Source of the DNA: Dudresnaya verticillata
Lineage: Eukaryota
Reading direction: 5' to 3'
Length of the DNA: 64,000 nucleotides
Assembly (NCBI GenBank): GCA_977862235.1
Contig: OZ374561.1
Span: 434,001 to 498,000, forward strand
Positions 46,020 to 56,903 of the stretch are shown one piece after another (within the stretch, counting starts at the first letter, position 1; every line of letters begins with the position of its first letter). The translations under genes and the position numbers were made by a program. The notes under the pieces were generated by a model that saw only the letters and a list, made by a program, of their open reading frames with translations, had not been told where the DNA came from and did not search any database.

Positions 46020-47480
46020 ATATACCTGATGGTTACACTGTGAGTAGAGAATGACAGCAGCTAGCGGAAAGACAGGCTCACGCTGTCGCGATGAATGTGT
46101 TGCTGTGAAGAGCTTGGGCAGAAGGTATTGGTGAAGGGAGTGAGGAAATGAGACATCGCCACTCGACATCGCGTGGCCGCGAATGCTACAGTGCATTCTG
46201 CTGTGTACGCGCCAAGTTGCTTGGGGCCCGGCCATACCTTCGCAGTGCGTCACCGGTATGCGTGCGAGCTAGTCGGTGATTGTGGCGTATTCGCCAGCTG
46301 CCGAGAGGTGCGTGGGAAATTTAATGCCGCGCTACGCCCAAATTGAAACGCAAAATCACTTCACGCTTTCGATTCAACATGTGCAGTTCGCTCGAGAAGT
46401 ACAGATCGCTTTTTCACTGCTCTCCATACGATCACGTTGTAGTCAAGTTGCGAACGAGAGGACGTTGCTGCGCCTCGCTAGTAGCAGCGGCGCCGCTGGC
46501 GTTTCTGCAAGGAGCAATGGCAGTTGCAGCATGCACTATGTCGCTTCTGTTGAGATGGCATCATTTCAGTTCATTGAGAACTTCTCTTGACCCGGGACAA
46601 GCAATATTGCGATGGTACGCGCATCACGCTGTTGTGAGACAAGTGCTTGGAGAATTACTGCAAATGGCTACCCGAGCGTTGTCGACATTCACACATCATC
46701 GGCGAGGACGGGATATCGCTCAAATAGATGGCCCTGTCTGAACACGGGCAAACGTGATGCCCCTTTCTTCCGAGCCAAGAACCCCTTTGTTTCAATCTGG
46801 TCCCGCTGTAGGTAAAGGGCCTGTCTGTGGGTTGCTGATGTTAGCATGACAGGCGTTCTTTCGAGACCGAGCGGTTAACTCCCAGCGGTGCACCAACCAA
46901 CTCTGCAACCCGTATTAGGTGGCAAGGGCCTCCGTTTGCCCAACTTGCTAAAGAGTAGAGAGCGACGATCCCGAAACCGCAGTGTCTCTTTTCGAGATGA
47001 TGTGTATTACTCTTGCTGCAGCAAGCGAAAGCTCCCACGGTGTGCTACCGTTGTCACCATAAAGGCATGGCGGTGCACATACGGTACTTGGACTTGGATT
47101 GTGCTCCTGCTGCAACCCGCACTGTGGGGCACAGCCACTTATCTTCTCCGGGCAGTCCGACTGTCTTACCCACATCGTTCTTTTGAAGGGGGACGGGATT
47201 CAGGCTGTAATGGCTGGCCCGTGTGATGGAAGATTTTTTTGGCGAGGATGGGTGGCTGCTCTCCCTAACAGGGCAACACCGTACCAATGCAGTATGCGCT
47301 GGAGAAAAGCCCCATCCAACCGCCACCTCGAATTCTCCCCACCAGCAGTGCTGCCTTGTTGCACAAATCCCAAACCGATCAAACTCCGCGCGCCGCAAGG
47401 CGGTGTTGGTGTTGTCAACAACCGTCTCGACCTCCCTCCGCTCCGCGCCAACCCACACCGATGGCGTCGCAAACCCAGCC

Positions 47481-49067
47481 ATGAACCAGCTACACCTGCT
47501 CCTCCTCGCGCTGTTGCTCGCTCTTCCACCGCTCCCAAGCACGGCGTGCCGTGTTTCCGCGCCCTTCACCGCGCACACCCTCGTCTCGCTAACCCCAACC
47601 GCCCCACAGGTCGACTTTCTCCATCGCTTGCTCACCCCAATATGCGAGCTCCTCCTACTCTCGCCGGACCAGCTCCGTCCGTCCGCCCCCGCCATGCTCA
47701 TTCTCACTCCGCCCCAATTCGCCGCCCTATCCTCCGCCGCGCGCGACTCCTCCACCCGGCACCTTGTCCCGCCGTACCGCGTGCTCTCCTCGGACATGGA
47801 GCAGATGCTGCGCAGGATGCCGTCACAGAGTGATGAAATGCCGGCTTCGAGTCCGTACCAAGCCCGTGCCGTGGACGACGCTTTCTACAAGCGCTACCAC
47901 TCGCTACCGGCCCTGCGTGCCAAGTGGGCCTCCCTGGCGACCCGGTACGCGCATGTGACCGTGGAGTCGATAGGCAAGTCGGTGGAGGGACGCGAAATCA
48001 CTCTCATTCGCGTCGGTCGCACTCCCGGTAGCAACCCCCAGCGGGTCGTGCTCAACGGTATGCAGCACGCGCGGGAATGGATCTCGGTACACGCGGTGAC
48101 GTATGTGGCAGAGGCGCTTGCGGAGTTGGCGGAGGGGACGTCCGAGGATGGTGGGTTGCTTGAAAACGTTGAGTTTTTGATTGTGCCACTGATGAACCCT
48201 GATGGGTATGTGTATACGAACACCACCTTCCGCTTCGCGAGGAAGAACCGACGCCCCTCGGGTTGCAGGCTCCCAGGTAGAGACGGGGTGGACCTCAACC
48301 GTAATTGGAGTACGGATTACGGTGGCACCGGGTCGACCTCCCGCTACGAATGCAGTGATGTGTATATCGGTGCGGGGGCGTTCTCGGAGCCTGAGACTGC
48401 AGCGGTAAGGGATCTGATACTCTCCACGGATGGTATTAAGGCGCACGTGGATATCCATTCGTACGGGCAACTTGTGCTTCCTGCATGGGGCTACACCACC
48501 AGCGACCCGCCGCGGGAGGGCGAAAGCACGAAGATAGGTTTCGTGCTCGAGAGGGTCCTTACCGAGGTGCACAACAAGCGGTACAACTTTGGCAAACCCG
48601 GTGATCTGTTGTACCCTGCCTCTGGCACGATGACAGACTGGGTGACGAGCCAAGGGATTCTAAGCTATACATTTGAGCTCCGACCATCGCTTGTAGAGTC
48701 AGCGTCTGCTTTGGACAGCTTCGTTTTGGAAGAGCAGGAGATTCTACCCACTTCCAAGGAAACCTTCGCGGCTGTTCGTGTTTTGCTCCGATTTGCCAGC
48801 AACCCTGACTCTGTGGAGAGCGTGTCTCCTCTCCCACCCCCTGTCGCTGGTAGTGCGGGTAATGGCGTGGATGTTGGTGTGATAGTTGGCATCGCTGTCG
48901 GGGCATTCGCTGCGTTGATGGCGGCTATTGGGGTCGTTGCATTATGTTTCTGCAGTGTATGTTATTCAACAACGAAAGTCAAGCCGGTCAGTGAAGACGC
49001 TGACGCAGAAAATTATCCTACGGAGATCGCTGTACAGAGAAACCCGTATTCATTGAAGGATCCATAG
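47481..49067 (+). CDS. M14 zinc carboxypeptidase with a C-terminal transmembrane anchor (gene C)
   Basis: Same catalytic motifs as gene B; start at 47481 by alignment with B; TM helix VGVIVGIAVGAFAALMAAIGVVALCFC and a short cytosolic tail containing NPY. Confidence 0.93.
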   Translation: MNQLHLLLLALLLALPPLPSTACRVSAPFTAHTLVSLTPTAPQVDFLHRLLTPICELLLLSPDQLRPSAPAMLILTPPQFAALSSAARDSSTRHLVPPYRVLSSDMEQMLRRMPSQSDEMPASSPYQARAVDDAFYKRYHSLPALRAKWASLATRYAHVTVESIGKSVEGREITLIRVGRTPGSNPQRVVLNGMQHAREWISVHAVTYVAEALAELAEGTSEDGGLLENVEFLIVPLMNPDGYVYTNTTFRFARKNRRPSGCRLPGRDGVDLNRNWSTDYGGTGSTSRYECSDVYIGAGAFSEPETAAVRDLILSTDGIKAHVDIHSYGQLVLPAWGYTTSDPPREGESTKIGFVLERVLTEVHNKRYNFGKPGDLLYPASGTMTDWVTSQGILSYTFELRPSLVESASALDSFVLEEQEILPTSKETFAAVRVLLRFASNPDSVESVSPLPPPVAGSAGNGVDVGVIVGIAVGAFAALMAAIGVVALCFCSVCYSTTKVKPVSEDADAENYPTEIAVQRNPYSLKDP

Positions 49068-50155
49068 ACATAACTCAAGGAAGGTTGTCGAAGCATCGTG
49101 GAAGACTCTTAACAGGTATTGGGAGCATGGCATCATTGAAAGGACTCGTATCGTCCTGACGTCACGACCACCATGAATGGCCAACCTCAAGCAGTGCCAA
49201 GCGGGATGACTAGGTAAGCCTCGTAGAGCAAACACCAGCGAAAGATCATATTTATTCAGGATTGCGTGCGGCCGCACGAGTCAGAGCTATGTAAATCTAT
49301 GACACATGATTTATATTGTTTTGATGGATTATGTTATGAAGTTTTAGCAAGTAGCTCTTCCAACGTACTTCGGCGGGTGAAAAGTTCCTTCCAGATTCTA
49401 GAAGAGCTCAAGCTCAGATACTGTTGAAGAATGAAAAGGAGCAAATGCTGACAAATGCTATCGTCTTCGAGTTTGATTTTGGTATTATCAGTTGGCTGCT
49501 GAGTGCTGCCAGGTTACGAGTTGTTCATAGCGTTCCTACAATGCACAGATGTGGTACAGAGGGATTTTTCAAAGAAGTTGAGAGAGTCTGAACTACAGAC
49601 TTTCTAGTCCTGCAAAAACGTCGCGCTCGCTTTGTTCCCAGGACCCAATGGCTTCTTGTGCCTGGTCAAATCCCATACGTGTAGCGGTGATTGAGTCCAG
49701 CGTTAAACGAAAATCACTTTTCTTTCGGGAAATCGCGTGATTGCTATCATACTCTGTCTGGAAGGGCGTCCGATGCTGGCACAAACGTTCCTGGTTTAGC
49801 TGTTGCCGTCGGAAGCTGTGCCGATGGTGTTCGGGGGCGTTCAGGATATGACGGCTTGAGCTGTTCTGGCTGTTCTGGACCATATCGCATACTGTAGCTG
49901 CCACTTTGTTGAAGACGCACCTTGGTGAGTCCTGGCATGGTGGGCGTGAGGTTCGCGGTTTGCTGCGTGGTAGCCTTCACGAAGCTGTGCGGTAGAGCAG
50001 GGTGCCCCAAAGGTGTCAATCGCGAGGCAAGAAAGTTCTGGGAGTGCAAATGCGCGAAAACTACCAAAAAATCAAGAAAAATCGAGGAAATCCCAGAATC
50101 CCTGAGGGGCTTCTTTATAAACCACGGGGATTCGGGAACTCCCATCCAATCGGAG

Positions 50156-50229
50156 GCCTCCATAGCTCAGTTGGTTAGAGCATGGTGCTAATAACGCCAG
50201 GGTCGCAGGTTCGAGCCCTGCTGGGGGTA
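50156..50229 (+). tRNA. tRNA-Ile (anticodon AAT)
   Basis: Acceptor stem GCCTCCA/TGGGGGT; D arm TAGCTCAGTTGGTTAGAGC; anticodon arm TGGTG-CTAATAA-CGCCA; T arm GCAGG-TTCGAGC-CCTGC; TATAAA about 35-40 bp upstream; oligo-T terminator near 50250. Confidence 0.95.
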
Positions 50230-51292
50230 TTCCACGTCGGAAGTTTACCTTTTTTTCTCCTTCATGGCTTCAATCGATCAAAATCTCTTTTGAAAACAGT
50301 GCACTGCAGAGGAATGTTCGTTTCACTGCTGTTCTTGGCGGTTGTTTTGCCTTTCGGCGGCAGAAAGTTATCTTCTATTGCTGGTGAATCATGCTAGCCA
50401 TTGCACCTTGCTGTGGTGGTGCCCACGCTAAGGAGGAATGATACCGCACTCTCATCTGCTCAACTTCATCATGGTGCATCATGCAAGAAGCATCACGCGC
50501 AAATTTCGGCTGAAGCCATGTTGACTCACACAGCTGCAATAGAGCAATGCAAAACGCCCTTTCATAATAGCAAAAAAAGAAAAAAGAAACGCAAAGACTG
50601 AGAAGCAGAAGCAAGTCAAACATATTCCGTGGGAATCGATAATCTCCACCAGGACGCGATGCTGTGTCTAATTTGTCTCAGGTAGCAACATAAGCCTTTT
50701 CCTTTTATGCATTCTTTCTTCCGTGACTCTATCGCTTTGATTTTGGAGTTCTTCTCGAATCTGTTGCACAAAATATTGAGCGGAATAGCACTCCCAGACC
50801 CTGCCCCGCGGCATGTAGTTTACAGGCAGACAGCATGGCGGTGGCCATGTTGTGGGCCCATTCCTTTCCTTTATGCTAATTACGTGGCTGGATGTACTCT
50901 GACAAGAAAAAGGACAGCTCTTGAACTACTTGTTATCCCGGTTTCTGCTCTCACGTCCACGACAATCACCAATCATTGATGCCTAGCCACTTGCTTTCGA
51001 ACTACACAGTCAGCTATCAGTTTCCGTGTTTACGGGGCACAGCATCGTTCTACGCAAAAAGATTACTCTCCCTAGACGCAGACGATTTTGCAAACCGGTT
51101 CGTGTTCTCCACGACATAGCTCGGTATCCACATCTTACCATATATAAACACTAGGGGTGCGCGACGATTTCCAGAACGTGATAGCTCAACAGGAACCCCA
51201 CTTTCTACCCGTCGTTCCAAAAACAAATCGCCTACTTTGTCTACAACTCTCCCCCAACGAACCCTTTCCCCCTTACCCACCCGTGTATCGGT

Positions 51293-54200
51293 ATGCCGTG
51301 CACACGGCTGCGCAGCATACTAGCTGTGCCTCTGCTGCTACGTGTTTTTTGTGCAGCACACGCAGAGCCAAGCTTTCTAACCTTCCCACCTCTCAACGCC
51401 AATGTGGATGGTTTTGCACTCCCCTTTTTGAATCATGAAGCAATTCCCGCCGCTTCTGGTCTTACTCTGGCACCATGTACTGAATTATCAGGATGTGCTG
51501 CAGAAAGACAATGTCTTATGAACACTGCCAAGGGCCCTGTTCCTTGCGTGGATGGAGAAGGATTTTGCTCATGCCGCCCTACAGCACTTCAGAAATGTAC
51601 AGACACCAAGGAGTGTGACTTGGGGGACCAGTGTGTATCTGTCGGTACGACAGCAATCTGTGTCTCTGCAATTGTCGCAGCGTACAACCAGAACTTGAAG
51701 TCTGTTGGAACAGACGTAGAATTCAAGTTCGGAGGGCTCACTTTTGATCCCTGTTCCTCCTCAGATACATGCGATGCTGGACGTCAGTGTACTCTTCTTT
51801 CTACTGACAACACAAAAGAAGCATGTACTGAAGGTCAGAAGTGCTACTGCTTTCCCGATGAGATCAATGATTGTTTGAAAACTTCGCAATGTGAGCTGGG
51901 TGAAGTTTGTGCAGTCATGAAAGATGTGCCAACCCCTTTTTGCGTGTCGAAGGTTGCGGAAATACATGTTCTCACCGTCAGCGAGATGAAGGCCATATCT
52001 GGGCAAGGTGATAGTGCGCCTGAAGCTTCACCAGAGAGCTTGGTTCCGCCTCGGAAACTGCGAGGGGTTACCCTAGATTCTTGCTTTACGGACCCCCATT
52101 GCTTGGGCGGTCGATCATGCAAATACAAGGAGACCCCATGCGCAGGAAGAAAGGGTTGCTACTGTGAACCAGAAAGCTTTAAACCTTGTGAGTCAAGCTT
52201 TGATTGTGAGACCCGTGAACTCTGTACTACCTACACCAAAGACCCAGAGTCCAATCCATTTTGTGCTTCTGCGGTAGTCATTGGGTTTAGTACGGATTTC
52301 AAGGAGGTCAAAACAGGTTCTGGAAGACCAGACTCTAGTTCTTCAACCGGGTTGACATCATACCCTTGCTCAGATGACTCTATTTGCAAGTCGGGTAGGA
52401 AGTGTCGCATTAACTCTGCTCAAGGGTTTGTCGATTGCGCAGGTAACACTGGATGTATGTGCTTACCCAATATTCCCACGGCTTGTTCGAGCACGAATGA
52501 TTGCCTTGATGGAGAAGTTTGCTCTGTAGTTCTTGACAAGGGGCAAACACACCGTGTTTGTGTTTCTGCGGATGTCGAAGCCTCGTCTCCAGAGGTTGTT
52601 GAAGTTTCCAGGGATCCAAAGCATTTTCCAAAGGTCCCAGAAGAGGATGGCCAAAAGGGCTCTGAGCCAGGTGGTGTGACCTTTGATCCATGCAAGGACT
52701 CGGACGACTGTATCGCCCCTCGAAAATGTGAATCCTCTTCCTCACTCGGATCTTGCAATGGCCAGGATGGTTGCTACTGCGTCCCCCCAGAACCCAAGCT
52801 TTGCAATGGCATGAATGAATGTTCTGTGCGAGAAGTGTGTGGAAAGCGACAAAATGAGACCACATATGCTTGCGTGTCTCCTTATTTTGCCACTGGGGCA
52901 AACTTCGAGCTAATCAAGACTGGTACACCTCAGGAGAAAAGCAAAGCTGCTGGCCTGACATTCTTCCTTTGCAGCAGCGACTCAGACTGCAAGGGAGCCC
53001 GCCAATGCAAGTCGCTTTCTGCTGAGGCGCAGCCTACTGATTGCAAGGATGGGGATGTATGTTACTGCCTGCCCACCGGGACAGCCCCGTCTTGTAAGAC
53101 ACATTCTGACTGCGATCAAGGAGCGGTCTGCACAGAATTGGTGAGGGAAGAAGGGGCTCCACCGTTTTTACCAAATGAAACGTGTATTGCTTCTGATGCT
53201 GTGGCGGGGATAAGATTCTTTAAGATACTAGATGACGATTCAGGCAAGCCAGGCGCGGAACAAGAACCTGACGATGACAACAGCCCCGTACTCGACGGCG
53301 TGACATTCGACCCGTGTAAGAAATCGAAGGAATGTGCTGGTGTCCGTACATGTTTGACTGCAGCTTCCAAGGCCCCTTGTACGGGGAATAAGACTTGCAT
53401 ATGTTATCCGCCGAAGCCCAAGACATGTGCATACAGCACGGACTGCGAACCGAGAGAGACATGCGCATTACTGAAGGGTGAGACAGACTACTCATGCATC
53501 TCAACAATCTATGCCACGTCGAACCCCACAGTTACACTTGTTGCCAGTGACAAACCAAGGACGAATACGAGTACGTCAGTTGGCTTGACTATGTATCCCT
53601 GCAAGACTAACGATACTTGCATTGGTGGGCGTACCTGCCAATCGATATCTGATAACGGAACAACGGCATCATGCACAAAGGCAGTGGGCTGTTACTGTCT
53701 CCCACAAACGAAGCCCCCGCCTTGCAAGGAGCACTCAGATTGCGTGAAAGGAGAAGTCTGCTCTTCTCCTACAGCGAAGGGTGTCGTGCTTGGAGATTTG
53801 CCGGAACAAGTTTGCGTAGCTGCAGATGTGGAGGCGGCAAATCCTTTCTTGACTGCAATCCCGAAGAAAGAAGTCCCTGTAGCACCAGACAGCACATCCA
53901 GTGGCGTCACTCTTGACCAATGTGGGAAGAACGAAGACTGTGCAGCAACTAGAACTTGTGTGGTTGGTCTTCAGAGTCAACTGCCCTGCAATGGCAAAGA
54001 GAATTGTCTCTGTTGGCCAAGCCAGCTCCGGTCATGTGTGTCGCACACACAATGCCAACCACAGGAAGTGTGTGCTACCGGCATAAGCGCGGGAAAGCAG
54101 TACTGCGTATCTGTTGTTGTTGAAGGCTTTTCTACAGATATTCAGAAGATTACGACCGGACCTCCAAAGGTTCAGCATAGTGAATCCCTTGGTTTAACAG

Positions 54201-55027
54201 GGTGGCCATGTTCAGGGAACGAGAATGTCTGCAAGGGTGAGCGCCTATGTGTCGGTGAAGATGGCGATAAGCTAGTCGCATGTGCCAATAGGGATTCTTG
54301 TTATTGCTATCCCAAAGAGAATTCTACATGTTCAAAAGATGTGGAGTGTCAGAACGGCGAGGTTTGTGCAAAGGTGGTGGCCGAAGATAGGCCTTCAGCC
54401 ATTCCAGACCAGTTGTGCATTGCAACTGATGTCGAAGCTTCTCTGGAATTCATCCAAGGAGTATCAGCAGGGAACAAAGCAGTGGTTAATGCTACGGTCA
54501 CTCCGACGCCATCAGTATGCCAAGTACCAACTCCAACATCATCCAGGTCGCCAAAAGTTTCAGAACTGACAGAGCCTACAGCGTCACACGTTCCTGAGAC
54601 GTCCCCGGAAAGCTCACTGGAACCGACCGAGTCACCATCCCCGACTGTCTCACCGACTCCATCTAGACCAGCTTCCAGCGGTACCACGGACGGAGTCTGT
54701 ATTGACGCTAGGGCGCTTGAGCACATTCCCAGAGATGAGCTGGTTTTTGAGAAGCATTCGATGGCTGAGGTGCTTTGCGATATCAACAACAGCTGCGCAA
54801 CTCCTGGTCATATTGTCACGTTCAAGAATAAGCCAATGATGATGAAGTCGTACTGCGCATTGGCTTCTTGTGAGAAGAAAGAGATGCTTGTGAACAGTCC
54901 AAAGTTCAAGGTTCAGCTTCGGGTTAACTCGAACACTGAGGGGTTGAAATACACTGCATTTGCAGCACGTTATGAGACGATTGCAGAAGAAGCTGTGATG
55001 AGAGCTGCTGTTCACGTGGGATTGTAG
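51293..55027 (+). CDS. Large secreted Cys-rich protein: 10 x 10-Cys repeats, S/T/P linker, 109-aa C-terminal domain (gene D)
   Basis: 1244-aa ORF with signal peptide; ten repeats starting G[LV]TxxxC; C-terminal domain at 54698..55027. Confidence 0.92.
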   Translation: MPCTRLRSILAVPLLLRVFCAAHAEPSFLTFPPLNANVDGFALPFLNHEAIPAASGLTLAPCTELSGCAAERQCLMNTAKGPVPCVDGEGFCSCRPTALQKCTDTKECDLGDQCVSVGTTAICVSAIVAAYNQNLKSVGTDVEFKFGGLTFDPCSSSDTCDAGRQCTLLSTDNTKEACTEGQKCYCFPDEINDCLKTSQCELGEVCAVMKDVPTPFCVSKVAEIHVLTVSEMKAISGQGDSAPEASPESLVPPRKLRGVTLDSCFTDPHCLGGRSCKYKETPCAGRKGCYCEPESFKPCESSFDCETRELCTTYTKDPESNPFCASAVVIGFSTDFKEVKTGSGRPDSSSSTGLTSYPCSDDSICKSGRKCRINSAQGFVDCAGNTGCMCLPNIPTACSSTNDCLDGEVCSVVLDKGQTHRVCVSADVEASSPEVVEVSRDPKHFPKVPEEDGQKGSEPGGVTFDPCKDSDDCIAPRKCESSSSLGSCNGQDGCYCVPPEPKLCNGMNECSVREVCGKRQNETTYACVSPYFATGANFELIKTGTPQEKSKAAGLTFFLCSSDSDCKGARQCKSLSAEAQPTDCKDGDVCYCLPTGTAPSCKTHSDCDQGAVCTELVREEGAPPFLPNETCIASDAVAGIRFFKILDDDSGKPGAEQEPDDDNSPVLDGVTFDPCKKSKECAGVRTCLTAASKAPCTGNKTCICYPPKPKTCAYSTDCEPRETCALLKGETDYSCISTIYATSNPTVTLVASDKPRTNTSTSVGLTMYPCKTNDTCIGGRTCQSISDNGTTASCTKAVGCYCLPQTKPPPCKEHSDCVKGEVCSSPTAKGVVLGDLPEQVCVAADVEAANPFLTAIPKKEVPVAPDSTSSGVTLDQCGKNEDCAATRTCVVGLQSQLPCNGKENCLCWPSQLRSCVSHTQCQPQEVCATGISAGKQYCVSVVVEGFSTDIQKITTGPPKVQHSESLGLTGWPCSGNENVCKGERLCVGEDGDKLVACANRDSCYCYPKENSTCSKDVECQNGEVCAKVVAEDRPSAIPDQLCIATDVEASLEFIQGVSAGNKAVVNATVTPTPSVCQVPTPTSSRSPKVSELTEPTASHVPETSPESSLEPTESPSPTVSPTPSRPASSGTTDGVCIDARALEHIPRDELVFEKHSMAEVLCDINNSCATPGHIVTFKNKPMMMKSYCALASCEKKEMLVNSPKFKVQLRVNSNTEGLKYTAFAARYETIAEEAVMRAAVHVGL

Positions 55028-55649
55028 TCTTATGGGCATTTATGTTTTGAAACGGTAATACAAGTAAAATGTCTTTCACATAGAGTTCCCAGGTTAACTC
55101 TTGCCTTCAGCTATGCATTGAAGCACGGGCTATTGATGAAGATTGCTCCATGTGCTTATGGGGCTGACAAGGCAACTGGACCTTGTAGAAATGTCACTGA
55201 AGAAATAGAATCTTGGCAGTTTTGATCGAGAGGCAACAGTGCGAAGTCTTAACACAGAAGCACTGCACAGTTGCGGAGTAGGGAAAATGTTTCTTCTGCG
55301 ACGAACACAAATATTCCGAATCTGAGACAAAAGCGGCTGTCCGGAACATCTCAGGACCAGGTTGGCAGCAGAGCGGAGGAAGTTGTAAACAACGGGCCAT
55401 GAGACTTCCCATTTGTGATTCTGTCTCGAGTCCAGTAGCAAAATCAAAACACCATCGTCGTCAAGCTTTGCCTGAGACAACCAGTGGTTGGGAGCTCCTA
55501 CGGAAGAGGGAAGTAACCGGCGCCAGTGTTCATGTTGACCCTTGCTGCAAAGAGCACGGCCTTTGCCCTCTCACAAGGAACTGAAAGTTTGTTTCAACAT
55601 ACAATATGCATGTACGCTGATAGGGTTCGATAAAAAAAACTACCCGACA

Positions 55650-56903
55650 CTATAGTCCTGCCCGTACAGCCGTGACTAAAACGCGCTCTTCCAACTTGGT
55701 CTCGAAACGGGCAGCAAAGGCAGTAAACACCAGTCCTTCTGTCCGCGTGCTTACACGCATTTTCCTTTGATAACTAGGGCTATTCACAAACATCACTCTA
55801 CGCCGACAGCTCGCAAAACTGCAGTAGCTTCGCATCATCATCGCAGAGCCGTTGTAAATAACCACATGACCAGGCGTGGCACAGCTCCCAGATACATCAC
55901 AGAGCACCTGCGCACTTGGGTGCCGTTCAAACACCAATCGTTCCCTCGGGAGATGCCTGAGAAGCTCCACGTCCACGCAAACACCGCCAGCCGTGTTCGC
56001 GTTCACGCCCTGGGTGGGCATAGTCTCGGGTTGGTTCACGGACGGCGTCGAGCTAGGAGAAGCGCTAGGTTGGACGGATGCAGCGGCGGACCCCGAGTCG
56101 CCCGGCCGTTGTGTGTCGTGGTCACCCGGAGTGAAACTTGGTGGGAGTTGCGTCGGGGCATCGGAAGTGGCGGGCGGAATTTTTGATGGGGAGGCCGGGG
56201 TGCCCGCCAAGCCTGGAGACGGAGTTGAGAATGACATAGAGGGGATGGACTGTGGCGGGCCCGGTTCGGTAGGTGGGTCGCCGGGCGGGATAACAAGCGG
56301 AGCGTACAGCGCTGCAGTTGTGGATACACATGTCGGGTCGGGTAGACCTGGTACTGAGGAGCAGGTTTCACCAGAAGGGCATGCAGTGGTCGCACTGCAG
56401 GGCGGTGGGGAGGAAAGAAGGCAGACGCAAGGCGGTGATGCGCAGGCAGTCAGTGGTGGGGAGGGTGGATAGGCGGTGCAGAGATGAGTAGAGGGGCAGG
56501 GGGAAGTGGACGAGCATGTGTCGAGGGATAGTGGTGGAGTGTTAGGAGCGGGCGGTGGCGGGGGTGGCGAGAGCGGGGTGTAGGTTGGGCGGTAGTACGC
56601 GGCGAGGGTGGATATGCACAGCGGGGGCGGGAAGATGGGTGTTTGGAAGCAGTGTGTCCCGGCCGGGCAGGTCGTGGTGGCATCGCACGGTTCCGGGATT
56701 GGGTTGAAGCAGAAGCAGGCGGGCGGGATGCATGGGCGTATGGTGGAGTTAGTGAGCAAGGAGACGCAGGTGAGAGGAGGGGTACAGTTGGAATTCGACG
56801 AGCAGGGAGACAGCGGCAGGCCTGGCGGGGGTGCTTGGGCGAGGGCGGGGAGAAGGAAGAGGAGAACGAAGAGGAGAAGGAAGGCGAGGACTTGAGGCGG
56901 CAT
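55650..56903 (-). CDS. Secreted Pro/Cys-rich protein: 2 x 10-Cys repeats, linker, 109-aa C-terminal domain (gene E)
   Basis: Signal MPPQVLAFLLLFVLLFLLPALA; repeats GLPLSPC and PLSLDTC; C-terminal domain at 55650..55979. Confidence 0.9.
   Translation of the reverse strand: MPPQVLAFLLLFVLLFLLPALAQAPPPGLPLSPCSSNSNCTPPLTCVSLLTNSTIRPCIPPACFCFNPIPEPCDATTTCPAGTHCFQTPIFPPPLCISTLAAYYRPTYTPLSPPPPPPAPNTPPLSLDTCSSTSPCPSTHLCTAYPPSPPLTACASPPCVCLLSSPPPCSATTACPSGETCSSVPGLPDPTCVSTTAALYAPLVIPPGDPPTEPGPPQSIPSMSFSTPSPGLAGTPASPSKIPPATSDAPTQLPPSFTPGDHDTQRPGDSGSAAASVQPSASPSSTPSVNQPETMPTQGVNANTAGGVCVDVELLRHLPRERLVFERHPSAQVLCDVSGSCATPGHVVIYNGSAMMMRSYCSFASCRRRVMFVNSPSYQRKMRVSTRTEGLVFTAFAARFETKLEERVLVTAVRAGL

Noticed and set aside
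47223..47480. 86-aa N-terminal extension of carboxypeptidase C (likewise the 59315 start of gene F)
   Set aside because: Alignment with gene B and the position of the signal peptide place the starts at 47481 and 59429.
49593..50163. Short minus-strand ORFs next to the tRNA
   Set aside because: No motifs, and the longer ORF runs into the tRNA and its upstream TATA region. The evidence is insufficient.
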